This document shows, piece after piece, positions 37,951-46,391 of a DNA stretch of 64,000 nt. Source of the DNA: Patescibacteria group bacterium (GTDB lineage Bacteria; Patescibacteriota; Patescibacteriia; SG8-24; DYFX01); NCBI GenBank assembly GCA_038062835.1, contig JBBTWH010000009.1:8257-72256 (forward strand). Direction: 5' to 3'. The notes under the pieces are model-generated. The model did not search any database and was not told where the DNA came from. It saw only the letters and a program-made list of their open reading frames with translations. Positions within the stretch are counted from its first letter, which is position 1; every line of letters begins with the position of its first letter. The position numbers were made by a program, and so were the translations under genes.

Positions 37951-40900
37951 TCAGCGGTAGGTCACGGTGATGTCGTCGAGCGTCGGCGTCACCGAGGTAT
38001 CGCCCGTCGCGAGCAGGGCGCGGTACTGGAGATAGCGGCTGACGGGGGCAGTGATGGCCGTGCCGGTGGCGACGGTCATCTCGGAGGTGAACGGCGACCA
38101 GCCGCCGTCCGGCGTCGGCGTGTTGCCGGTCCGGATGGCGACGGTCAGCGTGGTCATGGCCGGAATCGACCTGTTCCAAAACGAGACCATCGGCGTCGAG
38201 GTCGCCACGTCCATGTCGAGAATGGAGGAGAGGAAGGTACCGGTGGGCTGGTAGGTCGGCGGGTCTTTCAATAAGATTCCGAGCTTGCCGCAGATCCAAC
38301 CGTCGGTCGGGGCTTCGACGGTGATGCCGTAGAGGTGGCGGGTGGTCGGTGACGTGAAGCTCGTCCAGTTCGCGCCGTCCCACTGAATGATGGCGCCGGA
38401 GTCGCCGTTCGCCCAAGCTTCCGAGGAGGATCTCGCCTCCACCGCGTTCAGTGACGAGACGACGGGGCTCGTGACGGTCGACCAGAGCGTGCCGTTCCAG
38501 CGGACGATGACGCCGTTCGCGCCGACCGCCCAGCACGAGGTCGAAGACAGGCAATGGACGGCATTCAGGCGGCTGGCCGTCGGCGAGGTTTGCGTCGCCC
38601 ACAACGCGCCGTTCCAGCTGACGATGGTGCCTGAATCGCCGACGGCCCAACCAGTGACGGCATCGACCATCCAAACGCCGCGAAGCGCGTTGCCGGTCGG
38701 AGAAATCGCCGGAAGCCAGGCGACGCCGTTCCAATGGACGATAGTCCCGCCCTGGCCGACGGCAGCGCCGAAGGCGGATGAGGTCATCGATACCGAGAAG
38801 AGGTCGTTGCCCGTCGGACTGGACTGCACGGCCCAGGGCGCGTTGTTAAAGCGGATGATTTCTCCTTGATTGCCGACAGCGAAGGCGAGCGCCGACGAGA
38901 CCGCGTCGACGCCGTTCAGGTTACGGATCGTCGGCGAGGACGTGGCGGACCACGTGAGTCCGTCGTAGTGGATGATGGTGCCGACGCGGCCGACGGCCCA
39001 GACGTCCGAAGCGCCGGTGCCGTCGGTGTCATAGAGGTCCTGCGCGGTGACTGCGCTGTGGATCATGCGCACTTCCTGCAGGATGGAGGTCTGATACGAC
39101 TGCGAGTTGGTGAAGGTCACACGGTATTGGAGATAGCGGTTCGGCGGCGCCGTGATGGTCGCGCCGCCCGCGTCCGAATATTCGGAACTCCAGGCCGACC
39201 AGCTGCCGTCGGGCGTCGGCGTGGGGCCGCTGCGCACGGCCAGGGTCAGCGACGCGAACGGCTGGGTGGTGTAATCCCAGGCGATGGAGTTCCAGACGGC
39301 GGTCGAGGAGCCGCTGTCCACGACGGTGCTCGTGAAATACGCCGGCGACGTATAGAAGGCGGTGTAGTGATAGATGGCGCCGCCCTCGCCGACGGCCCAT
39401 CCATCCGTCGGCGTCATCAGGAAGACGCTCTGCACCAGCGGGTTGGACTGGTTGGCGAAGACGTACTGGGACCAGACGGCGCCGTCCCAATGCAGGAAGG
39501 TCTGTTCGATGCCGACCGCCCAGCACTCGGTCGAAGAGAGGCAGTGGACGTCGCGAAGCTCGTTGGGCGTATTGCTCGTCACGATATTCCATGCCGTGCC
39601 GTTCCAATGGCGCGTCATGCCGCCTGCGCCCACGGCGACGGCGAAGCTCGCGTCCACCATCGAGACGCCGTAGAAGGCGTTGGTGGTGCCCGATGTCATC
39701 GTCGACCAGGTCGTGCCGTTATATCGGATGATGGTGCCGTTACGGCCGACGGCGATGCAGTCGCTGGCGCTGGCGCAGCTCACGCTCTCCAGATCCTTGT
39801 TGACGGGACTCGTCATCGTCGCCCAGCTGGCGCCGTTCCACCTCAGGATCACGCCTGACTTGCCGACGGCGAAGGCCAGGCTGGCCGAGATGACGTCGAC
39901 GGCGAACAGGTCGAGGCCGGTCGGGCTCGAGAAGTTCGCCCAGCTGGCGCCGTTCCAACGGATGATGCGACCGTTCAGGCCCACGGCCCAGGCATCGGAG
40001 GTCGACGAAAAGTCGACGCCCTGCAAGGTATCGGTCGTCGGCGAGGCGAAGGTCGACCAGTTGGAGCCGTCGAAGCGCAGGATGTTACCGCCCTGGCCGA
40101 CGGACCACCCGTCGGAGGCCGAGGTCAGGACGGTATCGTACATCGTGGCGGACGTCGGGGCGTCGTAGGTGATCGTGATGTTGTTGAGCGACGGCGTGAC
40201 CTGCGTGTTGGTCGTCGACATCGTCAGGCGATACTGGATGTACCGGCTGTCGGCGTTCGCGATGACCGACCCGAACGGATCCGTCACTTCCCCGCTGAAG
40301 GCGGTCCAGCTGACGTCCGGCACGGCCACGTTGCCGGTGCGGACCGCGACCGTGAGGTCCGTGCCGCTGTCGAGGTCCTCGTTCCAGAAGAGCCGGTCCC
40401 AATTCGCGCTGGCCGTCGCGTCGAAGACATTCGAGGTGTAGGTGCCGGAGGTCGGATAGTTGGAACCGTATTTCAGGAAGGTCGGACCGGCGCCGACGGC
40501 GTATCCCTCGCCGGCCGACACCATATCGACCGCGTTGAGCTGGTTGACGGTGGGCGAAGCGACCGACGCCCAGCTCGTCCCGTTCCAATGGATGACCGCG
40601 CCAGTCACGCCGACGGCCGTACAGAACGACGCGGAGACGCAATCGACGTCAAGAAGGCTTACGGCCACCGGAGACGACACCGTGTTCCAGGCCGTGCCGT
40701 TGAAGCGCCGGATGACGCCGTTGTTGCCGACGATCCAGCCGTCGGTCGCCGAGACCATCTCGACGCCGTTCCATTGATGCGACCCAGTATCCGTATGAAG
40801 GCTCCAGGCCGTGCCGTTCCAGCGCCTGATCTCGCCAGCGGTCCCGACGACCCAGCAGTCCGAGGCCGTGACGCAGGTCACCGCGTACCACACTTGGCTG

Positions 40901-42168
40901 CCGGTATCGGTATGCGCGTTCCAGGCGGTGCCGTTCCAGCGCCTGATCTCGCCGCCGTTTCCGACGATCCAGCCGTCGGTCGCCGAGACCATCCGGACGG
41001 ACTGCCATTGCTGGTTGCCGACGTCGGCGAACTGGCTCCAGGCCGTGCCGTTCCAACGATAGATCTTGCCGGAGTCGCCGGCCGCCCAGCAATCTGAGGT
41101 CGTACGGCAGTGGACGCCGAAGACCTCCTGGTTGTTGAGGTCATGGGTCAGGACCCAGCCGGTGCCGTCCCAGCGATAAAACCGTCCGGATTGCCCGACC
41201 GCGCGGCCGTCTATCGACGACAGCATCGATATCTCGTACAGGGATCCGGCGCCAGGAGCCGGGGCCAGCGTGCCCCAGCTCGTGGAGTTGGCCAGGATGA
41301 CGCGCCCGAGGTCGCCCGTGTCGGCCACCACCGTGCCGCTGAAGGAACCGTCATTGAAATGCGTGTGGGTGGTCTCGAAGAAGCTCTTGCCGGCGATGAT
41401 CTGGATCCATTCCGGATCGCCGGTTCCCGTGACCGACGACGGCGTGCCGCTGCCGCTCACGACGGTGTCCTGGAAGGCGCCGGGGCCGAAGTCGGTATCG
41501 GTCGTGTGGGTGACGAGAAGCCCCTCAGCCGGCGTCCAGGTCTTCACGCCCGTCGTCGAGAGCTGGAGGCTGGCGCCGTCGCCGGTGCCGTAGACTTCCG
41601 TGGCGTTGTGCGTGCCAGCGTTGAAATCGACGTCGGTCGTCTGCTTCCAGTCATAGACGCCCCAGTCGGTCAGATACATCGACCGCGTGACGTCGCGCGG
41701 GATGGCCAGGACGCCGGAGTTCCAAAGGACCGCCACGACGACCTTGCGCGTGCGCGGGTCGACCGTGCCGCCGGACGCGACGATGACGTTCAGGCCGTCC
41801 CGTTCCACTTCGGTGACCGTCACGGTCCGCGTGTAGGTGCCGTCGATCTGGTCGGAGGCTCCCAGGAAGACCCAGTTGCCGCTTCCGTCCTGCGCGAGGC
41901 CGTGCGTGCCGAGCGCGAGGTCGCTCCAGCGGTTCTCCTTGATGGCGCGCGCCGCCTCAAGGCCCTGCGTGGCGAGGAACGTGGCGCGCGTGCGGTCGGC
42001 GCCCGATGCCGCCGACGCCAGCGGGTTCAGCACGAGCAGGATGACGCCGCTCGCGAGCACGGCGAAGACGCCGACCGCGATCAGCACCTCCATGACGGAT
42101 TGTCCCGCGTAAAAGCCCATCCGGGGCTCACGCGGCGATGCGCGCTTATTCTGCCACCACGCGGCCAT
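37951..42168 (-). CDS. giant prepilin-anchored adhesin (1405 aa): N-terminal pseudopilin-like helix plus three tandem modules of a Ycf48/BNR-like beta-propeller and a roughly 110-aa RYLQYR domain
   Basis: N-terminus RMGFYAG|QSVMEVLIAVGVFAVLASGVILLV (Gly, then Glu+5). About 18 blade repeats of the form GWAVG..G.I.RWNGT.W. Three conserved inter-propeller domains ending ..RY[IL]QYR..L....TP.L..IT[IV]TY. Start could instead be the internal MGFYAG at 42120. Confidence 0.75.
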   Translation of the reverse strand: MAAWWQNKRASPREPRMGFYAGQSVMEVLIAVGVFAVLASGVILLVLNPLASAASGADRTRATFLATQGLEAARAIKENRWSDLALGTHGLAQDGSGNWVFLGASDQIDGTYTRTVTVTEVERDGLNVIVASGGTVDPRTRKVVVAVLWNSGVLAIPRDVTRSMYLTDWGVYDWKQTTDVDFNAGTHNATEVYGTGDGASLQLSTTGVKTWTPAEGLLVTHTTDTDFGPGAFQDTVVSGSGTPSSVTGTGDPEWIQIIAGKSFFETTHTHFNDGSFSGTVVADTGDLGRVILANSTSWGTLAPAPGAGSLYEISMLSSIDGRAVGQSGRFYRWDGTGWVLTHDLNNQEVFGVHCRTTSDCWAAGDSGKIYRWNGTAWSQFADVGNQQWQSVRMVSATDGWIVGNGGEIRRWNGTAWNAHTDTGSQVWYAVTCVTASDCWVVGTAGEIRRWNGTAWSLHTDTGSHQWNGVEMVSATDGWIVGNNGVIRRFNGTAWNTVSSPVAVSLLDVDCVSASFCTAVGVTGAVIHWNGTSWASVASPTVNQLNAVDMVSAGEGYAVGAGPTFLKYGSNYPTSGTYTSNVFDATASANWDRLFWNEDLDSGTDLTVAVRTGNVAVPDVSWTAFSGEVTDPFGSVIANADSRYIQYRLTMSTTNTQVTPSLNNITITYDAPTSATMYDTVLTSASDGWSVGQGGNILRFDGSNWSTFASPTTDTLQGVDFSSTSDAWAVGLNGRIIRWNGASWANFSSPTGLDLFAVDVISASLAFAVGKSGVILRWNGASWATMTSPVNKDLESVSCASASDCIAVGRNGTIIRYNGTTWSTMTSGTTNAFYGVSMVDASFAVAVGAGGMTRHWNGTAWNIVTSNTPNELRDVHCLSSTECWAVGIEQTFLHWDGAVWSQYVFANQSNPLVQSVFLMTPTDGWAVGEGGAIYHYTAFYTSPAYFTSTVVDSGSSTAVWNSIAWDYTTQPFASLTLAVRSGPTPTPDGSWSAWSSEYSDAGGATITAPPNRYLQYRVTFTNSQSYQTSILQEVRMIHSAVTAQDLYDTDGTGASDVWAVGRVGTIIHYDGLTWSATSSPTIRNLNGVDAVSSALAFAVGNQGEIIRFNNAPWAVQSSPTGNDLFSVSMTSSAFGAAVGQGGTIVHWNGVAWLPAISPTGNALRGVWMVDAVTGWAVGDSGTIVSWNGALWATQTSPTASRLNAVHCLSSTSCWAVGANGVIVRWNGTLWSTVTSPVVSSLNAVEARSSSEAWANGDSGAIIQWDGANWTSFTSPTTRHLYGITVEAPTDGWICGKLGILLKDPPTYQPTGTFLSSILDMDVATSTPMVSFWNRSIPAMTTLTVAIRTGNTPTPDGGWSPFTSEMTVATGTAITAPVSRYLQYRALLATGDTSVTPTLDDITVTYR

Positions 42169-42616
42169 AGGCGTTGATGATGACGGTGCGCGTCGCCGAA
42201 TCGACGCCCGTCAGGGTGATGGAACCTGTCGAAGCGGCCGCGCCGTGGAAGCGGGTGAAGGTCACGTCGCAGCCGCCGCCGACATCCACGCCGGTGACGG
42301 TCACGTTACTCGGCAGATCGAAGGTGTCGAGCGTGTCAGTGGCCGAGGTGAAGCTGGCGCCGCGGAAGATGTGGTACTTGGTCGTCGGCAGGGCGCAACC
42401 GTCCGTCTCCGAGAAGTGGACGCCCCATCTGTCGCCGAAGTGGCCGGAAAGCGCCTGCGTCTCGGCGCGGCGGATGACGTCGACGACGCCGGTCAGTCCG
42501 TCTTCCAAGGCGTTGCGCGTCTGGAACGAATACAACGGGACCGTCGTCACCGCTACGATGACGCCGAAGAGAGCGACGACCAGGACGAGTTCGAGCGCCG
42601 AAAATCCAGCGCGCAT
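42146..42616 (-). CDS. FimT/GspH-like pseudopilin
   Basis: MRAG|FSALELVLVVALFGVIVAV plus the GHFGDRWGVHF motif typical of GspH/FimT. Confidence 0.75.
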   Translation of the reverse strand: MRAGFSALELVLVVALFGVIVAVTTVPLYSFQTRNALEDGLTGVVDVIRRAETQALSGHFGDRWGVHFSETDGCALPTTKYHIFRGASFTSATDTLDTFDLPSNVTVTGVDVGGGCDVTFTRFHGAAASTGSITLTGVDSATRTVIINAYGRVVAE

Positions 42617-42617
42617 G

Positions 42618-43826
42618 CTAAAGGCGTTCGATATTGCCGATGAAGTTGTAGATCGGCGTGATGATGGCGACGGCGATGTAGGCGACGGTCAGGCCGATGA
42701 CGATGAGCAGGACCGGCTCGAGGATCGTCGAGAGGTTCTTGGTGGTCACGTCGACCTCGTCCTCGTAGAACTCCGCCAGGTACTGGAAGGTCTCCTCGAG
42801 CTTTCCGCTGCGTTCGCCGACGGCGAGCATCCTGGTGCAGATCGACGGGAAGAGCCGCGGGAACTCCTCAAGGACGGTCGAAGCCGGCACGCCGGTCTCC
42901 GTCCCCTGCTTCACCCGCAAAAGCGCCTTCTTGAAGCGGGCGTTCCTGAGGGTGTTCGAGACGATCTCGAAGGCGTCGCCGATCGTGATGCCGGACTTGA
43001 GGAGCGTCGCCATCGTGCGGGCGAACATCGCCAGGTTGAAATTGCGCGCCAAGAGGCCGAAGACGGGAACCCTGAGCAGCACGCCGTGGCTGAACGGACG
43101 GACGGGCTTCCAGCCCAGGAATTGGATCAGTCCGAAAATCCCGGCGATCACGCCGATCGTGAACGGCACGCCGTAGGCGACCATGAAGCGCGAGAAGCCG
43201 ATCATCAGGCGGGTCGCCAGCGGCAGCTCGACCGAGATGGAATCGAAGAGGCCGATGACGCGCGGCAGGACGAAGAGCGAAAGGCCCATGCCGATGCCGG
43301 ACGCCGCGACCAGCACCAGGACCGGGTAGATCATCGCGCCGCGGATCTTGCGCTGGAGATCGTAGCTCTTGGTCAGCTGCAGGGCCAGGTCGTCGAGGCT
43401 GCGCTCGAGCGTGCCGCTCGATTCGCCGGAGCGGACGGTGGCGATGAACAGCTCCGAGAAGATCTTAGGATATTGAGCGAAGCCCTCCGAAAGCTGGCGG
43501 CCGCCCTCGACGGCGACGAGCACGCCCATCAACGCCTTGCGGAAGCGTCCCTGCGCCTGCTCTGCCAGCACGCGCACCGCCTCGTCGATCGGCAGTCCTG
43601 CCTTGATCATCAGCGACATGTGCTTGGCGAACGTGACCTTCATCACGTTCGGCACCCAGCCGATGCCGAGCAGGTTCACGAAATTTCCGCCGGCGTCGCG
43701 GCGCAAAGACACCACGAGCAAACCCGCGGCGCGGATCTGCTCGGCGGCCTCCTCGGAGGAACGCGCGTCGATGACGCCGTTCTCGATCTTGCCTTGCGGG
43801 GTCGTGGCGCTGTATTTGAAACGCAT
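42618..43826 (-). CDS. pilC: type IV pilus assembly platform protein PilC (GspF family)
   Basis: Two GspF repeats and three TM helices. RBS AAAGGAGG. Confidence 0.9.
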   Translation of the reverse strand: MRFKYSATTPQGKIENGVIDARSSEEAAEQIRAAGLLVVSLRRDAGGNFVNLLGIGWVPNVMKVTFAKHMSLMIKAGLPIDEAVRVLAEQAQGRFRKALMGVLVAVEGGRQLSEGFAQYPKIFSELFIATVRSGESSGTLERSLDDLALQLTKSYDLQRKIRGAMIYPVLVLVAASGIGMGLSLFVLPRVIGLFDSISVELPLATRLMIGFSRFMVAYGVPFTIGVIAGIFGLIQFLGWKPVRPFSHGVLLRVPVFGLLARNFNLAMFARTMATLLKSGITIGDAFEIVSNTLRNARFKKALLRVKQGTETGVPASTVLEEFPRLFPSICTRMLAVGERSGKLEETFQYLAEFYEDEVDVTTKNLSTILEPVLLIVIGLTVAYIAVAIITPIYNFIGNIERL

Positions 43827-43847
43827 GTTCCTCCTTTATGCGGGGCT

Positions 43848-45551
43848 TCAGTCGTGCATGGTGCGGAGCAGCTCCTCGACGGTCGTGAGGCCGTTCAAGA
43901 CCTTGCTGATGCCGTCCTCGAGCATGGTGGTCATGCCCTGCGCTATGGCTTCGCGCTCGATGTCGTCGGCGTTGGCGCGGCTCATGATGAGCTTCCGGAT
44001 CGTCTCGTTCATCTCGACGAGTTCGAAGATGCCGATGCGGCCGATGTACCCGGTGTGCCGGCAGAGCTCGCACTTCGCGCCGCTGTAGATCGTCAGGCTC
44101 TTCTTCTTGCCGAAGAGGCGCCGGGAAAGGTCTTCAGAGACGCCGGCTGCCTTCGCCTCGCTCATGCTCATCGTACCGCTTTTCCGGCATTTCGGACAGA
44201 TGCGCCGGACGAGACGCTGGGCGATGATGAGATTGATGGACGACGCGATCAGGAACGGCTCTACCTTCATGTCCAAAAGGCGCGGCAGGGTCGTGGCCGC
44301 GTTGTTGGTGTGCAGCGTGGAGAGTACCAGGTGGCCCGTCATCGCCGAGTTCACGGCGATGCCGGCGGTCTCCTCGTCGCGGATCTCGCCGACCATGATG
44401 ATGTCCGGGTTCTGGCGGACGATGGCGCGCAGCCCGGCGGCGAAGGTGATGCCCGTCTTGGGGTTGACCTGGATCTGGCTGACGCCGGCGATGTCGTATT
44501 CGATCGGATCCTCGATGGTGGTGATGTTCACCTCCGGCGTGTTGAGGATCTTCATCATCGCGTAAAGCGTCGTCGTCTTGCCCGAGCCGGTCGGGCCCGT
44601 CGACAGGATCATGCCGAACGGCTTCTTCATCGCGCGCATCGTCTTCTCGACGTCCGGGTCCGAAAGGCCGATGGACTCGAGATAGAAGTGCTTGCCGCGC
44701 TCGGTCAGCAGGCGCATCACGACCTTCTCGCCTTCGATGATCGGCACGATGTTGATGCGGACGTCGACCGTCTCGCCTTCCAGCAGGGTGCGGATCTTGC
44801 CGTCCTGCGCCGCGAAGTGCTCATCGGTGCGCAGGCGTCCCATGATCTTGAGGCGCGTGACGATCAGGTCGTGCATGTACTTCGGATACCGGACGATGTC
44901 GTGCATCAGGCCGTCGATGCGGAAACGAACCAGCGCTTCCTTCTCGCGCGGCTCGATGTGCATGTCGGAAGAACCGGCCTGATACGCGTAGAGCAGGAGC
45001 GTATCGACGATCTGGACGATCGGCAGCTCCTTCAGGGCGTCTTCGGGGGAGATGTCCGGCTTCTCGGCGAGCTTGCGCTCGATCTCGGAAATGATGGCCT
45101 GGAAGACGCTCTTGATGTCCTTGCGATAGCGGGCGGCCACCAGTTCGATGTCGCTTCGGGTCGCGTAGTAGAGCCGGATTTCCTTGCCGCGAAGCTTCTT
45201 GCGCAGGGCGGCGACGGCTTCCAGGTTCGCCGGGTCATTGACGGCGACGGCGACGGCTTCTTCGACGCGCCGGAACGGCATGACCCAGCTGCGCTTGACC
45301 ATCTCGACCGGGATGAGCCTCAGCACATCCTCGGGAATCGCCTCGTTGCGGAGGTTGATGTACGGGACCTTGTAGATGTCGGCCATCAGCCGGCCCATGT
45401 TCTCGTCGGTGATGATGTTCCGTTCGACGAGAAAATCGACCAGCGGCTCGCCGCGGTCGCTGGCGCTCTGATACGCGGCTTCCAGCTTCTCGGCCGGTAA
45501 GACATCCAGCTCGCTGAGCGCCGATTTCAATGTGTCGTTGGAAATCGCCAC
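43848..45551 (-). CDS. pilB: type IV pilus assembly ATPase PilB (GspE family)
   Basis: N-terminal GSPII domain. Walker A GPTGSGKTT. Asp/His boxes. C4 zinc motif CPKC..CELC. GTG start with RBS GAAGGAGG. Confidence 0.92.
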   Translation of the reverse strand: MAISNDTLKSALSELDVLPAEKLEAAYQSASDRGEPLVDFLVERNIITDENMGRLMADIYKVPYINLRNEAIPEDVLRLIPVEMVKRSWVMPFRRVEEAVAVAVNDPANLEAVAALRKKLRGKEIRLYYATRSDIELVAARYRKDIKSVFQAIISEIERKLAEKPDISPEDALKELPIVQIVDTLLLYAYQAGSSDMHIEPREKEALVRFRIDGLMHDIVRYPKYMHDLIVTRLKIMGRLRTDEHFAAQDGKIRTLLEGETVDVRINIVPIIEGEKVVMRLLTERGKHFYLESIGLSDPDVEKTMRAMKKPFGMILSTGPTGSGKTTTLYAMMKILNTPEVNITTIEDPIEYDIAGVSQIQVNPKTGITFAAGLRAIVRQNPDIIMVGEIRDEETAGIAVNSAMTGHLVLSTLHTNNAATTLPRLLDMKVEPFLIASSINLIIAQRLVRRICPKCRKSGTMSMSEAKAAGVSEDLSRRLFGKKKSLTIYSGAKCELCRHTGYIGRIGIFELVEMNETIRKLIMSRANADDIEREAIAQGMTTMLEDGISKVLNGLTTVEELLRTMHD

Positions 45552-45596
45552 AGGGTTCCTCCTTCATCCCGCCCCTTGCGCCGCGCGGCGTCGAGG

Positions 45597-45986
45597 TTAT
45601 TTCCTCTTATCGAGCGTCTCCCGGATCTTGGCGACGATGTCCTGAATCGAGAAATTTGCTTTGACGAGATAGCTGTCGGCTCCGAGGGCTTCGGCCCGCT
45701 TGATGTCTTCCTCCTGTCCGAGGTTCGAAAGCACGATGACGGGCGTCGTCTTGTTGGCGGACGAAGCGCGCATCTTCTCGAGCGCCTCGAAACCGTTCAT
45801 CTTCGGAAGGATCAGGTCGAGCAGGATGATGTCCGGTTCGATTTCCTGGGCCAAGCGCACGGCCTCTTCGCCGTCGTTGGCGATCGAGACGTCGAAACCC
45901 TCCTTCTTCAGCTTGACGGCGTAAATCTTGACGAGAAACGTCTCGTCTTCGACGACCAGGATTTTAGGGCTGCTTTTGGCGGTCAT
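45597..45986 (-). CDS. single-domain response regulator (CheY-like receiver)
   Basis: KILVVEDE, DIILLDLILP (phospho-Asp), VIVLSNL, K at about 105. Confidence 0.85.
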   Translation of the reverse strand: MTAKSSPKILVVEDETFLVKIYAVKLKKEGFDVSIANDGEEAVRLAQEIEPDIILLDLILPKMNGFEALEKMRASSANKTTPVIVLSNLGQEEDIKRAEALGADSYLVKANFSIQDIVAKIRETLDKRK

Positions 45987-45995
45987 GATGTCGGA

Positions 45996-46370
45996 CTATG
46001 GTCCGCCGAGGCGGTCGTTCACCTTCTTGAGCACGTCGTCGAGCGAATAGTTGGCCTTCACGAGGAAATCGAAGGTGCCGAGCTGCATCGCTTCCGCGAC
46101 CTTGTCGCCCGAGCTTAGATTGGTGAGGATGATGACCGGCAGGGCGCGCATGGCGTCGTCAGCCTTCATCAGGTGGAGGACGCTGATGCCGTCGAGCTTC
46201 GGCATGATGAGGTCCAGCAAGACGAGGTCCGGTTTCGAAGCGCGGAGCGTGCCGATCGCCTCCTCTCCGTCGGCGGCCGTGACGACGGCGTACCCGACGT
46301 GCTCGAGCTTGTTCTTGAGCGCCCGCTGCATGCTCTGTTCGTCCTCGACGATCAGGACTGTCTTGGCCAT
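45996..46370 (-). CDS. single-domain response regulator (CheY-like receiver)
   Basis: TVLIVEDE, DLVLLDLIMP, VIILTNL, VKANYS. Confidence 0.85.
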   Translation of the reverse strand: MAKTVLIVEDEQSMQRALKNKLEHVGYAVVTAADGEEAIGTLRASKPDLVLLDLIMPKLDGISVLHLMKADDAMRALPVIILTNLSSGDKVAEAMQLGTFDFLVKANYSLDDVLKKVNDRLGGP

Positions 46371-46391
46371 GTGGAATTTCTGACGGGATTC

